From: Narcine bancroftii
Taxonomy: Eukaryota
NCBI RefSeq assembly: GCF_036971445.1
Contig: NC_091473.1
Coordinates: 206,894,001-206,958,000, forward strand
Direction: 5' to 3'
Length of the DNA stretch: 64,000 nt
Numbering within the stretch: the first letter of the stretch is position 1; every line of letters starts with the position of its first letter. Below the pieces are notes generated by a model. That model did not search any database. It worked only from the letters and a program-made list of their open reading frames with translations, and was not told the DNA's origin. Shown piece after piece: positions 14,216-25,752 of the stretch. A program made the position numbers and the translations under genes.

Positions 14216-15151
14216 GCGTTACTAATATTGCATTGATATCTCCACATTTAAACCTACCCCACGCAGCTTCTCCTGACAACCCATCGTACCCTGAGCATCT
14301 CTACTTCTCATGTTGTCAAAGACTAGTAGTGTTGGCGTTTTCTTTGAGAAAGTGGGGAAATGTGGGAAATTAAGAAAGCTAGGAGAAACCTCTCGTGATG
14401 GACGAGCAAGAATTGCTGCGAGTCATGCGGAAATTAGTATGACGAGGGTTTTCCAACATGCTTTGGCTGATTTCTCGGCCTCGCGGCATGTGATATGATC
14501 GCCCACATGGGCACATAACACGCATAGATCAGAATGTGGTATCATCAACTGCGCGGTTTGTCCTGAGTCTGACATCACCACCGTTTCTCCATCATTGCTA
14601 TCTCAAAAGGATGGAACATAAGACAAAACAAGGAAGAGAGACAGGCTGCGGTTCCGGAAGGATGTTCTGGATCTTCTTCAAAGGCAATTAAACGTGGTAA
14701 ATGACTTGTCAATAAATGTCCTTAAGAATGCGCTACGACTTCACGCTGCAAAATATCATTAATTGAGATATCGTGGTTATGCGATTTAAACAATAATCTA
14801 TCATCGTGTAAATGTCGCCTGTATTATAAATGATCGGATTTAATATTTCTTGATTACTGCATGCGATAAATAAATCGTAACCACGTTGTTTCTGAGTCGG
14901 ATACTCCAGGTTATACATGGAATGTGCTCTGATAACCACAACAATAAACCAAGACTTCGAAATTCTATTTGGCTTGCGCATTTCTTTTCTGAATCTGTGG
15001 AAGTGCATTCTCCATCCTCCCCAACATTTTCACTTAACTGAAAATATGTCTCCTGCTTCTTCAGATCCGTCCATTTCTGTCTCGCAACATCTCTTAATTT
15101 TACATTCAATATATAGATCTCCGTCTAATCCTTTGGCAATGTTGATCTGCG

Positions 15152-15155
<4 letters not shown>

Positions 15156-15190
<35 letters not shown>
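15156..15190. repeat. (CT)n microsatellite
   Basis: Perfect dinucleotide run. Confidence 0.95.
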
Positions 15191-15193
<3 letters not shown>

Positions 15194-15771
15194 CCTATAA
15201 TTTCTGTTGTCTATCTTAATATCTCCTTTGCTTTTTATCTGATTCTACGCTTACATGCGTTCCCACACAGGTACCCTTTTTTTTCCTCGCTCTCTCGCCG
15301 ATCGTGTCATTGAATATATCATCACAACGTATTCCTGCCCGGTCCACATCGGAAATTGTCTCTCCCTCGAGAACCTGGAAGCCTGGGCGAAGGAAGAAAT
15401 GCTCTGATCAATACATAGGTGTTAGTAAAGTATCCTGACCCGAAAAATTGACTGGCCATTTCCCACAGCGGATTTTGCTTAACTGGCAGATTCCATCCAC
15501 CTATTTCTTGCTTACAATCACTCACACGACCGTTTCCACCACGTATATACTTGGGTATTATTGCTTCACGTCCCCTTCTCCACTTTCAAGCACTCTTCTC
15601 ATTACTTTCTTGCTGTCCATGTTCAAACTTAACGTATTTGATAATTTCTCTCTTTTTCTAAATTGCTTCAATTCCCTTCCAGTTTTGTCTTCATCGCTGA
15701 AATATATTTGTGTTCAGTATTTACTTTTAGCACTCTCTCTGTCTCTCTGGTTTTATCTTCTGTTTAATTTG

Positions 15772-15992
15772 NNNNNNNNNNNNNNNNNNNNNNNNNNNNN
15801 NNNNNNNNNNNNNNNNNNNNNNNNNNNNNNNNNNNNNNNNNNNNNNNNNNNNNNNNNNNNNNNNNNNNNNNNNNNNNNNNNNNNNNNNNNNNNNNNNNNN
15901 NNNNNNNNNNNNNNNNNNNNNNNNNNNNNNNNNNNNNNNNNNNNNNNNNNNNNNNNNNNNNNNNNNNNNNNNNNNNNNNNNNNNNNNNNNNN
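15772..15992. other. Assembly gap (N run)
   Basis: 221 Ns, about 280 bp downstream of the V-gene RSS. Confidence 0.99.
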
Positions 15993-16271
15993 TTCAGATT
16001 ATTGAACTATTTGGCACACCAGTGCACGCGCACACACCTGTGTCGTTTGAATCCAGCTATGGACCTCATTCACTCAGCAGCAATATTTCCAGATTTGCCC
16101 TTTTTCTTTCTGTACTTTTGGCTTTCTTATATATATTTCCTGTTCTCTTTATATTTCGACTCATTTTCTTTCTATCTCTGACTTACTCACTTCATGACTG
16201 TCCCTTTGTACTTCTTATTTCACACCCCCACCTCAACTTTGTCGTTTTAGATCAGCCTCTTCCCGCCCACC

Positions 16272-16310
16272 TGTTTTGGTGTTAACGTACCCATACTGTG
16301 AACAACTGTG
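16272..16310 (-). promoter_or_regulatory. 23-bp-spacer recombination signal sequence of the V gene
   Basis: Minus strand reads CACAGTT, a 23-bp spacer (GTTCACAGTATGGGTACGTTAAC), then ACCAAAACA, directly after the YFCVSS codons. Confidence 0.9.
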
Positions 16311-16611
16311 CGAGACGAAACACAGAAATACACAGCGCTATCCTCAAGGTGACATTTGATAATCTGCAACGCCATCATGCTCTGCTCACGATATATTAAG
16401 CCGTTAAATCTCTCCTTAAAACCATCCCCATGGTATCCTCCCCCGCTGTAAATCCATTCGAAAGGTTTGTGATGTCTTCTTCGGTACCAATGCAGGAAAT
16501 GCTGTCTTTGTGATTCTTCGTCCAACTTGCAGGTCAGCAGAGCTGCGTCGTCCTCACAAACATGTTTAATTGCGGGGAAGTGGTGCAGTGTGAGTCGGCA
16601 TTGTGTCTCAT
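16311..16611 (-). CDS. T-cell receptor variable gene segment, V exon (TCR alpha/delta type, Vdelta-like)
   Basis: Open frame with V-set hallmarks: Cys23 (LLTC), W41 (LHWYRR), RFNG and LEDSAVYFC. It is preceded by the acceptor ttccattctatAG and followed by a 23-RSS. The WIYSGGGYHGDGFKERFNG segment recalls TRDV2-type domains (from memory, not searched). Confidence 0.9.
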
Positions 16612-17922
16612 CTATAGAATGGAAATTGTTGGTCATCAGATTTTAAGATGTTCATACTTGTATTTGGGCAACGTAAGCCTTTCAATCATGGAATTATCGG
16701 CTATCATCTTTCGCAGAATGATGAGTGATTGAAACGAGGTTCTATGTGCAATTTTAGGCAGACAGCGCAAGCAAAACTAGGAACGCCATGAGATAGGGTT
16801 AGAGTGAGAGATAGATACACATGGCATTGGGGTCTTCGGCTTACGGTGTCTGCGTGGAGCATCCATCATCCATTGACAATAATCCAAGTTTAACCCCATT
16901 TTAAGCTTTCCACATTCTCATCCACTCTCCCGATATTCTGTCGTTCGCCATTATATGTAGCGAAATTTACCATTTACCATGGCCTATTAACGTATGTGCT
17001 TTAGAGCTTTAATAGGAAACAGTAGCACCCGAAGGAAACACACACAGTAACTTGGAAAATATGCAAACTCCAAGCAGCCACCAGGGTATATCAGAATTAA
17101 ACACAGGACTGCGATACTGGGAGGCAGTGCCTCGTCTTGCGGCGCCATGTTATCTTATAATGTGAAGCAAATGAACAAAGCTTTCATCAGCACCAGTAAA
17201 GACCAGTTAAATCAAAGACGCATTCTTGCAAAGCCCTTTTCCCATTAAGTGCAAATACACGTAATGAAAATAAGATTAAACGTTGCAAGCTGCCTCTTAA
17301 GACAGAAAATATGTCCTGTGCCAACTATAAGTGCTGCACTTTCTGTTTTTCTGTGGCATAAAGGCGCGTTTACTGAAATTACTCCGGGGAGGAGATACAA
17401 TAGCTATGCCGATAGAAGAGAGCAGCTGAGGCTTTCCCACAGTAACTCAGCATGTCGTGATAATATCAGAAATATGGGTTTACCATTTTGAATGGTAGGT
17501 CCAGAGTAGATAATAAAATGATTTATTAGTGATTGATCAAAAAACAGGGAGCATGTAATTACGGAAATAGGGAAATTAATTAGACTATAACAAATAACCT
17601 TCTCCGGGCAAAGTGTGGCGGAGGTCTAAAAGTCAATGCCATTGAATCGGGAATGGAAGGGGCGATGCTGGATTACAGTGGAGGTAGATTTAATCATTTG
17701 GCTCAATTGTGAGCTGGGAAAAAGTGACGATTAGAAAGAAATTTGCAGGCCCACAGCAGAGGGCGGGAAACTTGGATTATCTAATTTCTCTTAAATGAAA
17801 ATCTAACGTAATTCAGTCCCCTGATCCCTTCTTCCAGGAAGGTCCGTTTAGCTACTGTGCTTTCAAACAAAAGCTATAACAACATTGAATAATTGCGTTT
17901 GTTGACACAGAAAGCAACTTAC

Positions 17923-17989
17923 GGAGATATAATAAGACAATAAATGCCAACATGACGATCCCAATCGCTTTTGTTAATACCTCGAGCAT
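17923..17989 (-). CDS. Leader (signal peptide) exon of the V gene
   Basis: ATG start, then MLEVLTKAIGIVMLAFIVLLYL plus 1 nt, followed by a GTAAGT donor. The phase-1 intron (16612-17922, 1311 bp) splices in frame to the V exon, giving ...YLHETQC/RLTL. Confidence 0.75.
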
Positions 17990-20199
17990 TGTATCAAGTT
18001 AGCAGCGTAGTGACATGGAAAGGCGAACTGGTTGCAAGTATTCAGCGCACTTAAATACCGACCACATTACCACTTGAGCAATTGTACCAGCTTTGGACAT
18101 CACGTGTGAACATAAACTAATAGGCAATGTGAAATCACATTCCACTTTTAATGGAGACAACTGACCTCTGAACGTCGAATCCAAATTTTCAACCCAGAAA
18201 ACAAAACTGGCACCAAAATGTGTACAGGCATTTGGAATTTCTAATGGGGCATGCTGACTTTGGAATATTTCATTTACAACGTTAAACAACACAGAATTCA
18301 GAGTCACTGATTGAGTCTGCGACGACTATAAACGCCTTGCCACAACTGGCACTCTGCAAATATATTCTGCTTTCAATACTGTTTGACTTTGCTCTTAGTT
18401 CAAAGACAATACTTTATCTTCATGCACACCTGTCCCGTTAACAATGAATTGACCTTACTTTTTGATGTAGTATGTGTGGCCGCAGAGGGGTACAGGAATA
18501 GTAGTTGACGCTACACAAGTCACCCAGATATTTACATGGATGCTGTATTAGTATATTCCAGTCGTCGTAATTGGTATGCAGTAATTGTAGTTCGATATCT
18601 TACGATTGTAGTAGACTTTTGAGCAGGCACCTCGATGACAGTTTATCAGCACGTACCAAGCCAATTGATGCTGCCCTCCAACTAAAATAACAGACTTATT
18701 TTCCAACCAAAGATTCGCCATTATACAAACTTAGACAAAAATATAGAAATTCCACTGATCCGCGGAAGCAGCATTTTAGTCAGGAGGCGGCGAGGCAAAA
18801 GATGATGACCAACTCTCAGACATCTGAGAAGGAAAATGGGTCTGTAGCCGGTCCGAAATAATGCTACTGCCTGTATTTATTATGGCAGATCCTAAGGTAC
18901 AGTGTAATGCAAAGGCGTAAGCACACGACAGGAGGCAGATGGCTGGATATCAATAGCTCCAGTTTCGGATTGGTGATCAAAAGCCCTCTGATAAGCCGCA
19001 GTTGCCGACGGCATCGGCGAATCTGGACCAGGAAATGGGGAGTTGAGATGGCTCCTTCAAAGCGTCTTCCTCCACCACTCACTTGCCCCGAATGGAATGC
19101 CTTCCGTCATTTACTTTCCCTTCTTTTTCTTCATTATTTCTACTTGAAGAATGGCGGTGGAACATGGTGACTCATTCCCAACCTTTGACAAAATGAAAAT
19201 GAGAGTTTTAAACTCTATCTCGCTTAACTTGACAATAACATACAAGTTCTTCCCCATCAGAAATTAATATCATTTATTTAATGTCACTGAAATTGATTTA
19301 TATTCTCCCCAGAATAAATGCTCTGTGCCTACATTCGCTTTATAGGCTCCAACAGTTTGCCTGTTTCTTCATTACCACAAATTTCAGTATTGGCGAGCTG
19401 GCTTATCCTCCCTCAGTTGCACAGTGGACTGAGTCGTTCAAAGATTCAATCTGTCAGATCGCAAAGGACCTTTTCCACCACATCGAGTTCTCACGGAGAC
19501 CTTCGAGGTGGAATCTCCAAACTTAGTACATTGGTTTTCTACATTTTCAAAATAAAAAATGATATTGTCATACACCTATCCACAAAGTCTATTTGCCTGA
19601 AAATCGTATATTCTGCAGCGAAGCAAATACTTCATAAAGGAAAACAACTTCAATGGTAAACAATAAATTACCATAAAGGCAATAAGTTATTACCAGGTCT
19701 CAAAGCCTATAATTACATACTTTTTAATATGCACAGACAACTTGTACGTTTTATTTTACAATTAACACTGTACAACTGGCTGAACCACTTTGAATGTCGA
19801 AATTGCGGGAGGACGGTCAGATTATTTAGATCATAAAACATCAGTCATGTGTAATATATCATATTGGTGACTTTATTAACAGATCGCACTTGGTTTTCAA
19901 AGAATCAGACAGTCAGTGACAAAACAGGCATCCCCTGGTCGCTTATTGCACTGGTAATTAAGTGTTAATGATGTCTATATCTAATGTCTATATCTAATGA
20001 ACCATTTCTAATGGTTGGTTACCATGGACCAATTCCACAATCTATAAATCCAGAATAATCCGTACATCATCGAGGAATTCACATTCAGTAAACACGATCA
20101 ATGCTACTAATCCTATGATAGTGCATCCCAGTGAATCGTGGGAAATTCAGGAGAGGGTTTAACGGACTCGGTGAATCAGAAAGTATTCATGGAGGTTAA

Positions 20200-22020
20200 T
20201 GGTCAGTTCATGGTTATCCTCGAGACTAAACTGGGAAGAGAAGAACATAAACATAAAAACGGGTCTGGTGAGGGAGAGTGGTGTGGCGTATATTAATGCA
20301 AGTAAAAGCAAGAATGTAAACAGGAAGGCTAAAAGGCTGAACGAAAACGTGGGGTTGCTTCAGCAAGGAATATGAAGGAAAATGACAAGGGTTTGCTATA
20401 GCTACATTGGGAAAAACATAGTAAAGGACATAATTGATCGCCTTGAAGATTGGAGTGGTCGGCTATGAATGGCACCAGAGGAGTTGGGAGATTGCGTTTT
20501 TAATTTAGACATACAGCACGATAACAAACCATTTCGACCCATGAGTCAATGACGCTCGATTTACAATCAACATAGAGCTCCAGGTCGGTTCGAACGGTGG
20601 AAGGAAACCGGACCATTCGGCGAAAATCCATGCAAACACGGGGAAAACGGCAAAATAAACTACTTAAAGACAGCCCTGGATTCGACTCCCAGTCCAGATC
20701 GCTGGCGCTGCAAAGGCATTGGGCTAACCGCAGCGCCAAACGTGCTGCCCCATCACAAGAATGTAGTGGCTCAGCTTAGGTAAATTATTGGAAGGTTTTG
20801 GTCGGTATTTCCTCACGAAACAGGCACGGAGTCGTGGGAATTAATGAAAACAAGCGGTGAGCGCAAGGAACGTGTACATAATAAAGAGGAGGGGTTGCTT
20901 TTCAAGTAAATATGCAGTAATAATACCTAGGACCTAACAAGATATTCTATCAGACCTTAAGGACAGCTAGTACATAAATTTCAGGGTCCCTGGCAGAGAT
21001 ATTTAAAATGACCTTAGTCAAGGGTGTGCTGCTTGAGGATTGGATGGAAGTGTATTTTGTTCCATTGTTTAAAAAAGATTCCAAAAGTAACCCTAGAAAT
21101 TAAGCCCAGTGAGTCTACGTCAAAGGTAGGTAAATTGTTTGAAGGTGTTCTAAGAGATGGGATGTGCAAGCATGTGGATATCCAAAGACTGCAGGGACTG
21201 ATTGGGAAGAGTCAATATTGCTTTGTGTGTAGTATCTAATCTTATTGAGATTTTCAAGGGAAGGCTGTGGATGTTGTCTACATGGACTCTAGTAAGGCCT
21301 TTGACAAGGTCCCATGTTGAATGTTCGTCAGGAGGTTTCAGACCATCGTTTTCCATGGTGAGGTAGTAAACAGGATTTGACATTGGCTGCACGGACAAAA
21401 CAGAGTGATAGTTGATAACTGCTGCTTAGAATGGAGCCCTATGACTTGTGTCATGTATCAGGCATCGGTGCTGGAACAATTGTTGATTTTTATCTCTTTC
21501 ATTGTACGGAATCATAATGTAAAATTGATCAGCACGTTTGCAGATGCAACAAAGATTGGAGGTGTTGTGGCCAGCAAGAAAGGATTTCAAATCTTGCAGA
21601 GGGATCCGGCCTAGCTGGAAATTGGGCTGAAAATTGCAGATATAATTTAATAGAGATAACTGTTATGTCTGGCATTTTGAAAGTAGAACAAGGAAAGGAC
21701 ATACATTGCAAAGGTTAGGGCACTGAGGGGTGTGGTAGAACAAAGGGGTCTGGTAATACAGATACATAATTCCCTGAACGAGGCATCACAGGTAGATATG
21801 GTGGTAAATTGAGCTTTTGGCATGTTGCCCTTCATAAATCTAATATTGAAAACAGGCATTGGGATCAAAATGTAAAATTGAATAAGACACTGGTGAGGAC
21901 TAATTTTGAGTATTGAGTGCAGTCTCTGTCACCTACCCACAGGAAAGATATCAGAAATATTTATTTGAATGTTATCCGGACTTCATTAACTGAGTTACAT
22001 GATTAAACAGGTTAGGAATC
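20200..22020 (+). mobile_element. Old decayed CR1 ORF2 fragment (interrupted by a SINE)
   Basis: Remnants VGKLFEGVLRD, MDSSKAFDKV and FADATKIGG. Confidence 0.85.
20497..20750 (-). mobile_element. tRNA-derived SINE
   Basis: Minus-strand head GGGCAGCACGTTTGGCGCTGCGGTTAGC (A box) ...GGAGTCGAATCC (B box), with a LINE-like 3' end GTGCTGTATGTCTAAATTAAAA. Confidence 0.75.
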
Positions 22021-23856
22021 TGCATTTAAACAGATATAAACCTGAAGGCGAAAGGTGATGTGTCTAGGTTGGTCTATTACCCATTCTCTAGCTGTCCAGT
22101 AAAGGTCTTTGCCAATTTGAATGGCTGTTCCATCTTTGCTGCAGATTCTGCTGACATTCAAATTATTTGTGAAGGAAATTCATTTGCAAAATGAAAATTA
22201 CTGTATGCCTCTTTATGATGCTGGCTCGTGTGCTTAGGTATTGTTATTCCAGTTTCCAGCTCTAATGGGATAGGATGCTAAAAATATATGGCCGGAATGA
22301 AAGGACAACTGGAACCCTGTGACCACATGCAGGAAAGGGCATTTTAATAGAGTTATTGATCATCTATTTGGACAATAATCTCATCGCCAACCTATCTAAG
22401 GCAACTGTGCACCAGGCCACAGGAATTCAGACTAACTATAAATCCTGCTAAGTGCCATTTTGGGCTGGAAATGATAGATTTTCCTGAGCATCAAATCAAC
22501 AGGCACGGAGCGAAGCCCATGCCCAAAAAGGTAAAGGCTGTTTGGCGCTTCGCCAAGCTCCACAGAGTGAGAGAGCTGTGAGAATTTGCTGGTATGATTA
22601 ATTTTAATCACTGGTTCATACCAGCAGTGGCCCGCATCATGCACCACCTTTTCACACTCATGGCGGGAATGGTAAAGACATTCCCTGGAGCAATGAGGCC
22701 TCTGAGGCATTCTAGTGTCAAGTATGCAATGGTACACACCAGGCCAGAGGCGCTAACCACTCTCACAATAGACACTACTGGAACAGCGGTAGGAGACATA
22801 CTGAAGCAAATTATCGAATGGCACTGGCAGCTCCTGGCTTCATTAGCAAGCAGCTCCAGCCACCCAAACTCAAATACAGCACCTTTGACCAAGAACTACT
22901 GGCGCTGTACCTTGAGGTCCATTATTTCAGTTATTGTTTTGGGAGGTAGACAATTCAGGATCTTTATGGACCATAAACTGTTAACCATTGTCTTCCACAA
23001 AGTGTCATACTGGTGGCCAGCAAGGCAGCAGCGTCACCACTCTTATGTGTCTGAGTTCACTACAGACATTAAACACATCAAGGGAAAGAGCAACGTCATG
23101 GCTGAACTACTGCCTCACCCTGCTATCGAGTCCATCCAGGCCATGACCCAAGAAATAGACTATTCAGCCCTAGCCAAAAGACAGCAGGTATACCTCAATA
23201 TCCCAGCATAAAGGATGGTAGTGTCTGGACTTATGCTGGAGTACGTTGTTATGGGCCCTGGTAATCATACGCAGCGCTGCAAACCCTGCGCCATCATGTT
23301 GGCAGCATGTAGACAGCACATTTTTGACGCAGTGCATAATTTGTCCCACACAGCTATCAGAATTTCTGTAAAAAGTATGGGTAATTAGTTCATCTGGCAC
23401 TGCCTCAGAAACAGTGGGCCAAGACCTGCATGCTCTACCAGACAAACAAAGTGCAGACCACGTTAAAGGCACACCCCCTGTCCACAGACTTTCGAGCCAG
23501 CGTGATGGGTTCAACTTGTCCCATATTTCTGATATCTTTCCTGTGGGTAGGTGACAGAGACTGCACTCAATACTCAAAATTAGTCCTCACCAGTGTCTTA
23601 TTCAATTTTACATTTTGATCCCAATGCCTGTTTTCAATATTAGATTTATGAAGGGCAACATGCCAAAAGCTCAATTTACCACCATATCTACCTGTGATGC
23701 CTCGTTCAGGGAATTATGTATCTGTATTACCAGACCCCTTTGTTCTACCACACCCCTCAGTGCCCTAACCTTTGCAATGTATGTCCTTTCCTTGTTCTAC
23801 TTTCAAAATGCCAGACATAACAGTTATCTCCATTAAATTATATCTGCAATTTTCAG
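21627..23856. repeat. 334-bp inverted repeat pair (21627-21960 and 23523-23856)
   Basis: The arms are reverse complements with one mismatch by manual comparison. Near-identical 73-aa ORFs appear on opposite strands in the ORF track. Confidence 0.95.
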
Positions 23857-24013
23857 GCACACCCCCTGTCCATGTTGGGGGGCATGGCAAGAAGGCGTAG
23901 AGTCTAGACCTGTAATCTCGACCTCTCTAGCTAGATGTTTAAGAACCCGTTTTTAACTCTTTGTTTTCAAGTTTAATTTTTTTTAACTTAGTTTAAAGTA
24001 TTAAGGAATTGTT

Positions 24014-25554
24014 ATGGCCATTAATAGTAAAAAAAAACGATTAAACCTCAAGTGCAGAAGAAACTACATTTTCGGAGTGTTGAAGATTTAGGGCCTAAAC
24101 AGCCTGCTGCAGTTTCAGGTTTGCTTTCTTCCATCCCTAAACCGCAAAGATTGCCTGTGGGAGCTGATTTAAAAAAAATGACTACTACTCAGCAGGAGAA
24201 GGATATCGCTGGAATTACCCGTTCTCAGGAGGAAGGTGCGTGTGCCCCCGACGTGGATCCCGATTCTGGCAGCCTGCCGACTTTAACAGAGGGGGGACGC
24301 AAGAAGACGACTCCTTTGCTTGAAATGCCCCAGGAAGTACTCCAACCTGAATATCTTGATCTTTTCCGTGAGTTTTTGAAGCAACAATGGGTTGCGGGGG
24401 AGACCAGCGTCGGCCCGCTGAGGAAGTCGGGGTGCCGTCGCTGGGAGTCCAGACCCGCAGTAAAACTGTTAAACTGCTTGTGGTTGAGATGCAACAGGAG
24501 CTGCAGTTACCTGGTTCTGCCACTACGCAGGAGAAAGCAGGGCTGAGCTTTTCTGAATTACAATGTAAACAGCTAAGCGTTATCATCCAGCCTATGTTGA
24601 ATGAAATGACTCAAAGGCTCAGTTTGGAACTGAATACAGTTAAACTACGTGTGGAAGAATTTTGTGAGGATTTTAAACAATTTCAGGCTTCTTTTTTAGA
24701 ATGCCAACAACAAGTGGCTTCTAATACAGAAAAAGTGCTGGAGGTAGAAAAACCCATTAAAGAATTGCGAGAACATGAGAAGGAGTTAGAGAGGAAAGTG
24801 GACTATTTGGAGAATCAAAGTAGAAGGAATAATGTGAAGATTATTGGTTTGCCAGAAGGTATGGAAGAACAAGACCGTCTTTGTTTTTTTTACAGAATGG
24901 ATCCCACAAATATTGGGGCATGAATTTTTCTCTGGGGGCTTGGTATTGGAAAGACCTCACAGAGCCTTAAGAAGAAGACCACTGCCTGCTCAATCACCGA
25001 GACCCATGATAATTCGATTCTTGAATTATTTGGACAGAGAGACAATACTTCGTCTAGCAGTGCAAAATGCGAGACAATGACAAGCTCCATTAATGATTTA
25101 GAATAGTACAGTTTTTTTCTACCCCGATTTGAGTCAAGAGGTTATTCAGCGTCGGCGTCAATTTAATCCAGTTAAAAATTTTTTGTGGCGTAAAGGCTAT
25201 AAATCTACGTTTCGCTATTCAACAGAGTTGAAGGTGTTCTGTGGAGACTTTCAATCTCGGTTTTATGAGAATGAGCATGAGGCAATGGTTTTTGCTGATT
25301 CACTGCCAGATGTAAGAGGACAAAGACGTAGTCTACCATTGTCTCCTAAAGAAAAATCCGGCTGCTCTGGAAATGGAAGAAATGATAGAAATGGGAGAAA
25401 TGGGAATGGAAAAAGTCCAAGTTCCCTTGAAATGGGGTCACAGAATCTGGAATCTCTTAAAAGAATAGAAGAATTTTCTTATTTTTTACTTTCTTTTTAT
25501 GTCATTATGATATCTTGTTGTTATTCTTTGTTTGGCTGGGGAGGGAGAGATTAG
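24014..25554 (+). pseudogene. L1 ORF1 (coiled coil plus RRM/CTD)
   Basis: LERKVDYLENQSRRNNVKIIGLPEG, LERPHR..PRPMIIRFLNY, FYPDLSQEV..RRQF. Frameshifted. Confidence 0.85.
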
Positions 25555-25752
25555 TCATCAGCCACTGGTGGGTGATCCACACCCAAGTTTTGTTTAGGGA
25601 TTACTACATTTTGGTAATGTTTTTTTTTCCTTTTTTTAATTTTATTTTATTTATACTTTAATTTATGCTTTCTTTTTCTCCTATTGGAGGGCCTATATAC
25701 ATTGATTTGAGTTTTTTTATATTGATATTATTAGTTCTTAGTTATATTAGGT

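Noticed and set aside
14887-14943. Minus-strand D-like arrangement GTG-GTTATCAGAG-CACATTC...TCAGAAACA, 1.4 kb downstream of the V
   Set aside because: The spacer is 24 bp, both heptamers are poor, and there is no credible 5' nonamer. Compatible with chance.
16765-16822. Hydrophobic MAFLVLLALSA close to the V exon as an alternative leader
   Set aside because: It ends in TAA with no splice donor. The 17923-17989 exon has GTAAGT and the correct phase.
17438-17476. Plus-strand CACAGTA with an A-rich motif about 23 bp away
   Set aside because: Weak nonamer and no adjacent V, D or J coding features.
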